Below, piece by piece: positions 1-7,520 of a stretch of DNA of 32,000 nt. The notes beneath the pieces are model-generated. The model did not search any database and was not told the origin of the DNA. It saw only the letters and a list, made by a program, of their open reading frames with translations. Made by a program: the position numbers and the translations under genes. The stretch is taken from NCBI GenBank assembly GCA_038823825.1, contig JAWBCC010000002.1, positions 1-32,000 of the forward strand, in the 5' to 3' direction. The number at the start of each line of letters is the position of its first letter. Within the stretch, counting starts at the first letter, position 1. This stretch comes from Candidatus Hadarchaeales archaeon (GTDB lineage Archaea > Hadarchaeota > Hadarchaeia > Hadarchaeales > Hadarchaeaceae).

Positions 1-2173
1 CGTTCTCGGCACTCGTCACATAGGGATTACCATAGTACATCCAGATCTCGTTGTCTGAGTTTTCGAGCCTGCGCACCCAGACGATGTTTGTGTAAGCATT
101 CTCCGCTTTCTCTATCCAATATGGAAGTGGCCCGGATCCTTTGTTCTCGAAAAATCTTATGCTCGGGTATTCAAGAATAGGAACGTCCTCTGGAAGGATG
201 ATTTTTATCTGGAAGTTCTCTGGATTTCTGGGCGAAATCGTTATTTTTCTCATGTACATCCAAGTGTTTTCCGATAAAACCAAAGCCGGGAACCTCAGAG
301 AAAACTTACTGTTCGAATCTGTCTCATACCTGTTGAGATTTGGAGAGTATGTCCTAACGTATATTCTGTTTTCTATCGGGACGAAGCGCATTATTCTCAG
401 AAAGCCGTTGCCGCCGTTTTCGTAGTCTTGGTAATTCGCCAGCAGTTGGTAGACTATTCTTTTATTGTCTATGACGTCCATCCTCATGGCCTCGCCATGA
501 TTGTGACCGCAAACAACTAAGAACACGTTGCTGTTTGGAACGACGAGGTTCTCCCATATATTATTGCCTATCGCGTTTCTTGTGCCATCGACTTCCAAGT
601 ACGAGTGTGTGGCGATTATTGCCAGTCTATCGTTATTATTCTCAAGAACGCTGTTAGCCCAAGCTATCACGTCTGAAGGCGGATTGTATTGTAGGTTAAG
701 CACGATGAAATCGAATCCACCTGCAGAGAATAACTGATAATTGTTCTTATTGTTCGCATAGCTGCCCCCCCAATACGGTTTACCGGCATATCTTGAGGCT
801 GGGAAATAACTGGAGTAATTCGCCCCATTATCCTGAAGATCATGATTGCCCGGAAGTATTCCATAGGGCATATTGTCATCATCCAAAATTCTCATGGCGT
901 TATCAGCTCTCTGCCACTGGATAGTGCTGTATGCGTTGTCGACGATATCTCCCACGTGAATAACAAAGACTATGTTGAGATTATCTCTGTTCTGAACGAT
1001 CCACCTCGTTTGATTTTCGAAAATCGTTGGATAGCTTGCGGAGTAATATTGCGTGTCGGGTAAAACAACTATTGTGAAGTTTTCTGGAATTCTCGTGAAG
1101 CTCCAGACTATCGAGTAGCTACTCAAGTTCCCAGACGCGTCCTTTGCCTGTACTCTCCAATACCATTCGCCAGGCTCTATATATGAGAGGTTCCAATAGT
1201 TCTCTTCTATCCAATCGGACGTGTATTCGATAGAGGAGAAGTTGACATCCCTGCTCACATCGACCTTGTATCTTACGGGGCGGCTATGGTCGTCAACTGC
1301 GGACCATCCAAACTTTACGTTTTCAGTTACAATTTCCGCTAAATTGTTGGGGAAAAGTGGATTGGGAGTTGGTGGAGGTGAGAGATCGATTACCCAATAC
1401 TCCATCTTTCCGGCGTTTTCACCGCTTGAGATGAATCTCACTCTGATTTTGAAACTTTCCGTTCTGTTTGCTGGGAATACCACTTTTATGTTCTTCGGAT
1501 CGCTGTCCCATGCTCCCCTATAAGCGACTCCATAATGCGGCATAGGTTGAGGTGTTCCTTCAAACTCCCATCCCCAGTTATAGACCTCCCAAGTGTTTCC
1601 CATTGCTATCTTGAAGTTTTCAACCCTCGGTCCCGTAACCGTGTAAGTTACGCTTTCCCAGTTGTCATTCCAGGGGTCTGAACCGAGAAGAGTCATATTC
1701 TCCCAGAGATTCCAGTTGTTATACGTCCCAGGAACGTTGAAGACTAGTCTTTTGAAAACTGCACGTTTTGTGTTATCATCAAACCAGAATTGAAAAACGT
1801 AATTATCTGTAGCTGTGAAAGGAAGACGTACCTTTATGTTTGTTCCCTCATCGCCCCAATTAACAAGATCCGTGCCAAAGGGGGTTCCATTCTCAGGAGC
1901 AGTTGTTCCCCACCACTTGTCCCCCCAATCACTAACGTATATTTTGAACTGGATGTTCTCTCCCGACAAAGGTCGAACTCTTTCCCAGACTTCACGCTGA
2001 ACACCGCCGGCTGTCCAGTTGCTGATCCATATCATGTTATCCACATCCTCCTGCCAACTATTGAAAGATCCTCGAACCTGAGGCATGGTGGGGCTCGCTT
2101 TAGCAGAAGGCATAATCAGAGGTAGAGCAAGAAGTAAACCAAACATCAGTAATGCTGCAAATGCTTTTCGCAT
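1..2173 (-). CDS. Secreted multidomain metallophosphoesterase (signal peptide, two CBM48/E-set-like modules, FN3-like module, calcineurin-type phosphoesterase core, DUF2341-like region). The C-terminal end runs off the window.
   Basis: The minus-strand frame is open from the ATG at 2173 to the window edge. It is absent from the ORF track because it has no in-window stop. My translation gives MRKAFAALLMFGLLLALPLIMPSAKA (signal), VRGSFNSW and VPGTYNNW, the phosphoesterase motifs LPDTQYY, HVGDIVDN, LPGNHD and VCGHNHGE, then LPYWIEKAENAYTNIVWVRRL...IWMYYGNPY (DUF2341-like). I checked frame consistency at three of these motifs. Confidence 0.8.
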   Translation of the reverse strand, partial: MRKAFAALLMFGLLLALPLIMPSAKASPTMPQVRGSFNSWQEDVDNMIWISNWTAGGVQREVWERVRPLSGENIQFKIYVSDWGDKWWGTTAPENGTPFGTDLVNWGDEGTNIKVRLPFTATDNYVFQFWFDDNTKRAVFKRLVFNVPGTYNNWNLWENMTLLGSDPWNDNWESVTYTVTGPRVENFKIAMGNTWEVYNWGWEFEGTPQPMPHYGVAYRGAWDSDPKNIKVVFPANRTESFKIRVRFISSGENAGKMEYWVIDLSPPPTPNPLFPNNLAEIVTENVKFGWSAVDDHSRPVRYKVDVSRDVNFSSIEYTSDWIEENYWNLSYIEPGEWYWRVQAKDASGNLSSYSIVWSFTRIPENFTIVVLPDTQYYSASYPTIFENQTRWIVQNRDNLNIVFVIHVGDIVDNAYSTIQWQRADNAMRILDDDNMPYGILPGNHDLQDNGANYSSYFPASRYAGKPYWGGSYANNKNNYQLFSAGGFDFIVLNLQYNPPSDVIAWANSVLENNNDRLAIIATHSYLEVDGTRNAIGNNIWENLVVPNSNVFLVVCGHNHGEAMRMDVIDNKRIVYQLLANYQDYENGGNGFLRIMRFVPIENRIYVRTYSPNLNRYETDSNSKFSLRFPALVLSENTWMYMRKITISPRNPENFQIKIILPEDVPILEYPSIRFFENKGSGPLPYWIEKAENAYTNIVWVRRLENSDNEIWMYYGNPYVTSAEN

Positions 2174-2197
2174 TGTATCAAAAACCTTCTCTCGGAG

Positions 2198-2208
2198 TTA
2201 TTTTAAAT
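2198..2208. promoter_or_regulatory. Near-palindromic TATA-like box (ttattttaaat) between divergent genes
   Basis: An AT-rich box lies about 25-35 nt upstream of the minus-strand ATG at 2173 and about 60 nt upstream of the plus-strand ATG at 2265. This spacing fits archaeal promoters. Confidence 0.3.
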
Positions 2209-2264
2209 CTTTCGATACATCACAGAAAAAGTGAAATCCAGAGAAAAAGAAAGAATTTCTGAAA

Positions 2265-2891
2265 ATGATGTCTACGGAGCTTCGAAATTTGCTCTCGTCC
2301 ATCCATACCTATTCGGAAGAGCTGGGCCTCGATGTTAGAAAATCTGAAGACAGGTTCGCCTGGTTGATCGCCTCCGTACTTTTCGCGAAGAGAATCTCCT
2401 CCGAAATCGCGAAAAAAACCTTCCTACTTATGAAAAAGGAAGGAATCACGAGCCCGGAGGCCATCATCTCCACCGGCTGGGACAGACTCGTGGAAATCCT
2501 CGATTCCGGCGGATACGTGAGGTATGATTTCTCCACCGCCACAAATCTGCTCGAGCTGGCAAAGGAGATAAAAAGACTTGGCGGGCTGGAAAAAATCCAT
2601 GAACAGGCGAAAGACTCCAAGGAGCTGGAGAAAAAACTAGAGAAGCTTCGCAGTGTGGGACCAACTGCGATCAACATCTTCCTCCGGGAACTCCGTGGAA
2701 TCTGGTCAAAAGCCGATCCAGAGCCCAGTACGCTTGCTCGAGAAGTCGCAGAAAGACTCAAATTTAAAGAAATCAAAAAATTCGAATCTGCGCTTGTCAG
2801 GATAAACTTGGAGTTTTGCAAGAGGAAACGTTGCAGGGAATGTCCAGTTAGAAAATTCTGCCGTTTCACTCGGGAGAAAGCAGAGCTTTAA
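2265..2891 (+). CDS. HhH-GPD / endonuclease III-like fold protein with a C-terminal Cys cluster
   Basis: 208-aa ORF. It has a helix-hairpin-helix-like segment LRSVGPTAINIFLRELRG. The C-terminal CKRKRCRECPVRKFC has spacing C-x4-C-x2-C-x5-C, close to the EndoIII/MutY 4Fe-4S loop spacing. Confidence 0.5.
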   Translation: MMSTELRNLLSSIHTYSEELGLDVRKSEDRFAWLIASVLFAKRISSEIAKKTFLLMKKEGITSPEAIISTGWDRLVEILDSGGYVRYDFSTATNLLELAKEIKRLGGLEKIHEQAKDSKELEKKLEKLRSVGPTAINIFLRELRGIWSKADPEPSTLAREVAERLKFKEIKKFESALVRINLEFCKRKRCRECPVRKFCRFTREKAEL

Positions 2892-3183
2892 GAGCGATCA
2901 GAATGCCGCCGACTATCCCACAGATGCCGCCAACTGTTTGTCCGAGGTAAACTCCCGCCCTCCTCAACTGCTCAGCAACTGAGATGTTACCATAAACTTC
3001 AAAGACATTTGAAAGGAGTTCGAAGCCAACACCGAGCAGGAGAAAAGAAACGGAAACTATCAGAAGTCTTACTCCGAGACCACCTTTTGCCACTACGCCG
3101 CCATATCTAAGGAGAGCCCCAATGATCGAGATGCCAACAGCCGTCAGAAGAATTTCGGTCAGACCGAGCGCCACAGTTTCCAC
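2866..3183 (-). CDS. Small Gly-rich integral membrane protein (about 3 TM), last gene of the surface-protein operon
   Basis: 105-aa ORF with a GTG start. It has three hydrophobic Gly-rich helices. Its start overlaps the MinD-like gene's 3' end by 25 nt, and its 3' end overlaps the convergent gene by 26 nt. Confidence 0.6.
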   Translation of the reverse strand: METVALGLTEILLTAVGISIIGALLRYGGVVAKGGLGVRLLIVSVSFLLLGVGFELLSNVFEVYGNISVAEQLRRAGVYLGQTVGGICGIVGGILIALKALLSPE

Positions 3184-3884
3184 CCTTTCAACCTAATCCT
3201 CTGAATTGGTCCCATCTTGAATTCCTCGCCACAAGTTTCTGCAGCAAGTTTCTTAAATGCAATGGAGGCCCTAGAGCCCGGATGGGAGAGAACACATGGC
3301 ATACCCTCCATCAGACTCTTCATCACGGACGTATCCTCTGGGATCGTCACGATGAGCGGAACGCGGAAAGTCGAAAGTATTTCCGCCTTGCTGACCTCAT
3401 AGCTTGCCACCCTCACTCTGTTCAAAACCACACCGATGACTTTCACATCCTTTTTCTCCGCTATCTTCGTCGCCTTCAGAGCCCTGGAAACCGCTGCGAT
3501 GTCTGGCGTTGTTGTGATGAGAGCACAATCGGAAGAGTTTAGAAACTCCGAGAAGCCTACCGGTGGTGTGTCAAGAATAACATAGTGATATCCGGATTTT
3601 CTAAGAATTTGTCCGAGCTTCTCTCCCTTCAGGCCCTCTATAGAGGAGGATGGCATGACATCGAGCCCTGGTCTGTAGGTGTATGCTTTCAGGTTCTCCA
3701 CTTTTTTCTCCCTCGATGGAATCGGTGGAAAGAGATTGAACCAAAGCGGGAGGTCTGGAGACTCGAGATTGCAGTCTACGAGAAGAACCCTCTTCCCAAA
3801 GTCGGAAGCGAGCGAAGCCCCGACATTTGCTACTACGGCAGTCTTGCCAGTTCCCCCCTTTCCGGATATAACACTTATTATCAA
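3159..3884 (-). CDS. MinD/ParA-family P-loop ATPase (archaeal MinD-like)
   Basis: It has the deviant Walker A ISGKGGTGKT near the N-terminus and ILDTPP. The C-terminal tail IQRIRLKGWKLWRSV is basic and amphipathic. The TTG start overlaps the upstream stop (TTGA at 3881-3884). Confidence 0.9.
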   Translation of the reverse strand: MIISVISGKGGTGKTAVVANVGASLASDFGKRVLLVDCNLESPDLPLWFNLFPPIPSREKKVENLKAYTYRPGLDVMPSSSIEGLKGEKLGQILRKSGYHYVILDTPPVGFSEFLNSSDCALITTTPDIAAVSRALKATKIAEKKDVKVIGVVLNRVRVASYEVSKAEILSTFRVPLIVTIPEDTSVMKSLMEGMPCVLSHPGSRASIAFKKLAAETCGEEFKMGPIQRIRLKGWKLWRSV

Positions 3885-5524
3885 GCCTCTTCACCTGCCC
3901 TCCTCAGGATTTCCACTATTTCCGGCCTACGGCTTGAACTCCATCTCCTCTTCATCAGAAGATATATCGCCAGACATATTGCGATTATGGAGAAGATTAT
4001 CGCGATTATCAGGAGGATGTTTGGCTGGGGAGGGAGAACGACGAAGGCTATTCCTCTCACGATTTCCTGATCCTTAAAGTAGATTCTGACCTCGCCCATG
4101 TACGTCATCGGTTCGACATACTCGGGTAATGTGACGTAAAAGACGAAGGCGCCCGACTTCGTCGGCTCAAGCTTCATGCTAACCCCGTCGGGCTGAACCG
4201 TCCAGCCTATTGGGAGTCGAAGAATGGCTGTCACGAGGAGATTTTCGCTGGAAATATTTCTGAGCGTGAGAATGAGTCTACCAGTTTTTGCTGGTTTCAG
4301 GAACTCCGACTTGAGCTCGACTATCCGGACTAGCTCCACAAGCTCATATATCATAACCACGCGCGGAAAAGCCCAGTAGAGATATCTCTGATAGACTGGA
4401 AGAATTGCTGGTAGCCTGTAAAGGATTTCCCTCTCTTCAAACGGCTGGACACTTTCCAATCTCCACGTCACACCTGAAAGCGAGATATCCTCTGGAAATT
4501 TATCTAGAAAGGCAATTCTGTCTAATACTCCTTGGAAATCGGAAAGAATGTTATCGGTTACGAGGAGAGCTTTGAGAAACTTGGAACCGTTCTTCGCGAC
4601 GAGCTTCACGACAGTTTCCTCGTTCTCCAAGTCCAGATCGATGTGCCTGACCACCATCACATATGGATCTGGAAATCTTGATCGAACCCTTAGAATGGAG
4701 ATCATTTCGGCTATCGAATTTTCCGCCCGAACGGTTATCTTGAAACCATAGTCTCCGGGAGAGACCGTTGCAGGAATCTTAAGAAGGAGATTTACGATCC
4801 TCCTCTCTCCAGCCTCAAGCGATAGGACGCTTGGAAACGACTCGATTGCTCTAAGCATCCAGTTTTCCGCAACCGTGATCCATATCCTCGCATTCTCGAT
4901 CTTACCTGGACCCTCGTTTAAAATCTCGAAGCTCGCGAGCGTCGTGTCACCGGCTCTTTCCTCGATCAGCAGGGGGAACCGCAGAACCCTCAGCCGATAG
5001 AAAACCGGTGGAGCCGGCGGGGGGAGCGGAGGGAGCGGAGGAATCAGCGGAAGTATCTCGAGCGTTGTCCAAGCTGTCTTGGTTGATGTGAAACCCGCCG
5101 AAATCCAGTCTATAACAAGACGACACTTGTAAAATCCGAGCGGAAAACCTGTGACATTCCACGGGATGAGGAAATCCATTCTCGCTCCGGGAGAAATCAT
5201 AACGGTAGGAACAGAAATTCGATGGACTATTTTATTATCTTTGTAGATTTCTATCCTAGAGGTCGGAAGGATGTCGAGATTATAAGAACCGAGATTTCGG
5301 ATGGTGAACGAAAGAGTTGTCGTTTCGTTCTCATGAACCACTGAAGGTATGGCTTGAAAGAGCTCTATGTCTATGCCGACCTCAAGCACCTCTACTGTTA
5401 GAATCGCCTGGGCTTCTTGAGCGAAAACAGGTGATTGGCTAAAAAAGAGAGTAAAGACGAGAAAAAACGTCAGAAGCGCGGTCTTCGAAAAACCACGATT
5501 TCTAAAAATCTGTTCATCCCCCAT
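3881..5524 (-). CDS. Exported CARDB/NEW3-like (COG1361-type) multi-beta-sandwich surface protein with a C-terminal TM anchor
   Basis: 547 aa with an ATG preceded by GGAGTGA. The signal peptide ends ...SPVFAQEAQA. Repeated segments (TLSFTIRNLGS, ASFEILNEGPG, LILTLRNISS) are typical of CARDB/NEW3 sandwiches. There is a Pro linker PLIPPLPPLPPPAPP and a C-terminal TM followed by KRR. Confidence 0.7.
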   Translation of the reverse strand: MGDEQIFRNRGFSKTALLTFFLVFTLFFSQSPVFAQEAQAILTVEVLEVGIDIELFQAIPSVVHENETTTLSFTIRNLGSYNLDILPTSRIEIYKDNKIVHRISVPTVMISPGARMDFLIPWNVTGFPLGFYKCRLVIDWISAGFTSTKTAWTTLEILPLIPPLPPLPPPAPPVFYRLRVLRFPLLIEERAGDTTLASFEILNEGPGKIENARIWITVAENWMLRAIESFPSVLSLEAGERRIVNLLLKIPATVSPGDYGFKITVRAENSIAEMISILRVRSRFPDPYVMVVRHIDLDLENEETVVKLVAKNGSKFLKALLVTDNILSDFQGVLDRIAFLDKFPEDISLSGVTWRLESVQPFEEREILYRLPAILPVYQRYLYWAFPRVVMIYELVELVRIVELKSEFLKPAKTGRLILTLRNISSENLLVTAILRLPIGWTVQPDGVSMKLEPTKSGAFVFYVTLPEYVEPMTYMGEVRIYFKDQEIVRGIAFVVLPPQPNILLIIAIIFSIIAICLAIYLLMKRRWSSSRRPEIVEILRRAGEEA

Positions 5525-5615
5525 AAATCACTCCGAACAAAGAGAATGTTTTTATTCCTTAATAATTTTTTGGGAAAAATAAAGAAATCTGATGCCTCCA
5601 CGTCCTATTTCTGCG

Positions 5616-6845
5616 CTAGATTTTCCTCAGCTCGATCTTCTTCTTCCTGACCGCCCACCAGAGGATGAAGAGCACTATCAGAATCGCGATTATCGCCAAG
5701 ATGGTGATGAGAACCGGAATTGGTATCGGAGGAGCTGGAGCAATGACTTTTATCTTTGGCTTGGCCTCTACCGAATAAGTCGCTCCTAAACCTCCACCGG
5801 CACCCCCTCTAACAGCCTGGGCAAAAACGTCAACATAAATCGTATATATTCCTCCGAGGGCTTCTTTCGAGACTTTCATCTTCAGGAAAACCCTTCTCAC
5901 GGGAATCCAAAGACCTTCTCCGTTGTCGAGATAATATGCGAGTGAATATGCATCAGCATAGTTCTCTATTTCCTTCGGGATCTTGGGTTGGGCTCTGGAC
6001 GTCCTCACATACTCCCGCAGGTTTGGAAGCAGAAAGTTTGCCTCAACCCTCATTCCAAGCCAAGCGCTGTACACAACCTCAAGCCTTGGCCAATCGGCAG
6101 TTTCTCCAGAGGCAAATATCGTCTCTCCCGAATTCTCTGTGAGGAGAACAAAGGAGATTATTCCATCTTTGTTATATTGTGAATAAACCCAAGGAGTAAC
6201 TAACCAACCTACGTCCACGCCCGGAGAAGGCATTACAGCTTGAGCTATTTGCTCTCCGAGGTTCTCCGGTTTCCTAGCCCAGTTTAAGGTATCTCCGTTC
6301 CACCCATCGTTGTCCAGTCCGTAAACCTTCACTATCTTTCCCTCAAAGTTTTCGTCCCTGTTCCGGAGATATAGAACTGCAGATTCTATTTTGCTTCCTT
6401 CAGGTAAATCGGTAAGGTCAAATTTTAAAAATATCATCTTTCTACTTCCCTCGGTTCCTCCTACAACGAGATTACGGCTTCCTCCAAAAGTTTGGTTTGG
6501 CTGTTCCTCCGAGATATACGTGTCGTCGACTGGTTCCACAGCCTTGGAGAGATAAGAACGCACGGGGATATTCTCGAGCGACGGGATTATTCGGATGTTT
6601 TCGAACCAGCCACTGGGGACGGGACTGCCATCCTCTTTTGTGATTTTCACAAACTGAACCCATACCAAGACGTTTTCTGCATTCTCGGCCCAATTCCATA
6701 CGTTTATCTCAACTGTGACATCTTGACCGTATGGAACGGGTATGGGGAGATCCGACCACTTGACTCCAACGCCTATTCCCGCCTCAACAACGCTTGGACT
6801 TATGAGTAAGAAAAGGAAAAAAAAGAAAAAAGACTTATAACTCAA
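5616..6845 (-). CDS. Exported DNRLRE-domain-like surface protein with a C-terminal PIPIP + TM + KKK tail
   Basis: 409 aa with a TTG start and signal FFFFFLFLLISPSVVEA. The segment VDDTYISEEQPNQTFGGSRNLVVG...IFLKFDLTDLPEGSKIESAVLYL...WNGDTLNWARKP matches my recollection of the DNRLRE pattern. The C-terminus reads APAPPIPIPVLITILAIIAILIVLFILWWAVRKKK. Confidence 0.7.
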   Translation of the reverse strand: MSYKSFFFFFLFLLISPSVVEAGIGVGVKWSDLPIPVPYGQDVTVEINVWNWAENAENVLVWVQFVKITKEDGSPVPSGWFENIRIIPSLENIPVRSYLSKAVEPVDDTYISEEQPNQTFGGSRNLVVGGTEGSRKMIFLKFDLTDLPEGSKIESAVLYLRNRDENFEGKIVKVYGLDNDGWNGDTLNWARKPENLGEQIAQAVMPSPGVDVGWLVTPWVYSQYNKDGIISFVLLTENSGETIFASGETADWPRLEVVYSAWLGMRVEANFLLPNLREYVRTSRAQPKIPKEIENYADAYSLAYYLDNGEGLWIPVRRVFLKMKVSKEALGGIYTIYVDVFAQAVRGGAGGGLGATYSVEAKPKIKVIAPAPPIPIPVLITILAIIAILIVLFILWWAVRKKKIELRKI

Positions 6846-6855
6846 GCTAATCCCT

Positions 6856-7419
6856 TTATGGGCCTGGGGCCGTGTTCTCTACGGCTTTGACTGTCAACGT
6901 ACCGGTGTAAGTTCCTCCGAGCTGGTCGGGAGCTGTGCTGAGGGCTGGGAAGACGTTGTATTCGTCGTAGCCAACGCCAGACGGTGGCTTTCTTAGGCCG
7001 ACCAACCACGGAATGGTTTCAAGCTCGTGTCTCGCGACCAAGAAGTTTTCATTTCCCTCTTCTCCAATAGCCAACTTCCAGAACTGGATGTTCTCGATGT
7101 TGTTGTCTCCTCCGGACTTGGCTAGATACATTCCAGCATACACCGCATCATATTCGGCCTTTGCCTGCAGATCTGTCTTGACCGTCGTGGTGTCGAGAAT
7201 CCTGATCCAATACTCATCAACAGGAGCCGGCGGTGTGACATTATGCGCGTTGACGCTTACTGTTCCCCAGTCGATGTCTCCCTCGATCGTTATGTCGATG
7301 ACGACTCCGATAGTCGCGCTGAGCGTAGCAGTTTGAGTGTCAACAGGCATCACCGCAGGAATGCTCAGAAGTGTTCCAAGCACTGCGAAAGCTGTTGCGA
7401 AACCCAACAATCTCTTCAT
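6856..7419 (-). CDS. Small exported beta-rich protein, a possible fibre or fimbrin-like subunit (function unknown)
   Basis: 187 aa with an ATG preceded by GAGGG. The Sec-type signal is MKRLLGFATAFAVLGTLLSIPA. An alternating T/A strand (TQTATLSATIGVVIDITIEGDIDWGTV) and the C-terminal GGTYTGTLTVKAVE recall beta-sandwich pilin-like folds. There is no C-terminal anchor. Confidence 0.6.
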   Translation of the reverse strand: MKRLLGFATAFAVLGTLLSIPAVMPVDTQTATLSATIGVVIDITIEGDIDWGTVSVNAHNVTPPAPVDEYWIRILDTTTVKTDLQAKAEYDAVYAGMYLAKSGGDNNIENIQFWKLAIGEEGNENFLVARHELETIPWLVGLRKPPSGVGYDEYNVFPALSTAPDQLGGTYTGTLTVKAVENTAPGP

Positions 7420-7520
7420 TCTTTCCCTCTGGATAACCTTCCTACATCCGTCTATTTAAGCTTTTCGCAAGTATGGGGAAGAATCGTACCTTTAAATCCT
7501 AATTGTGGGGTGGCTAAATT
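7420..7520. promoter_or_regulatory. Shared divergent control region between the surface-protein operon and the giant gene
   Basis: This is a 101-nt intergenic region. TATA-like boxes lie at 7452-7460 (cttaaatag on the minus strand, about 35 nt from the ATG at 7419) and at 7491-7497 (tttaaat, about 25 nt before the TTG at 7521). GGGGTGG at 7507-7513 could act as an SD for the TTG at 7521. Confidence 0.35.

Noticed and set aside
2309-2869. 186-aa minus-strand ORF. Similar long antisense ORFs occur at 7842-8414 (-), 15932-16474 (-), 27057-27665 (+), 3585-4070 (+), 28962-29357 (+) and 30034-30465 (+).
   Set aside because: Each lies wholly opposite a gene with clear family motifs, has low-complexity or atypical composition, and lacks recognisable motifs.
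2866-2891. Convergent 3' gene overlaps here and at 20816-20830 and 25551-25598, considered as possible antisense regulatory arrangements.
   Set aside because: Short convergent overlaps are common in compact archaeal genomes, and nothing in the sequence requires a special mechanism.
4985-5045. GC-rich near-repeat (gggagcggagggagcggagg) as a possible DNA repeat element.
   Set aside because: It encodes the Pro-rich interdomain linker PLIPPLPPLPPPAPP on the minus strand. This is a codon-level repeat, not an independent element.
6856-7419. The 187-aa exported protein as a TasA/camelysin-like (SipW-dependent) fibre subunit or a type IV pilin.
   Set aside because: It has no SipW-type signal motif and no class III (prepilin peptidase) signal. 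The N-terminus looks like an ordinary Sec signal. Only a generic beta-sandwich, pilin-like impression remains, so I left it as unknown.
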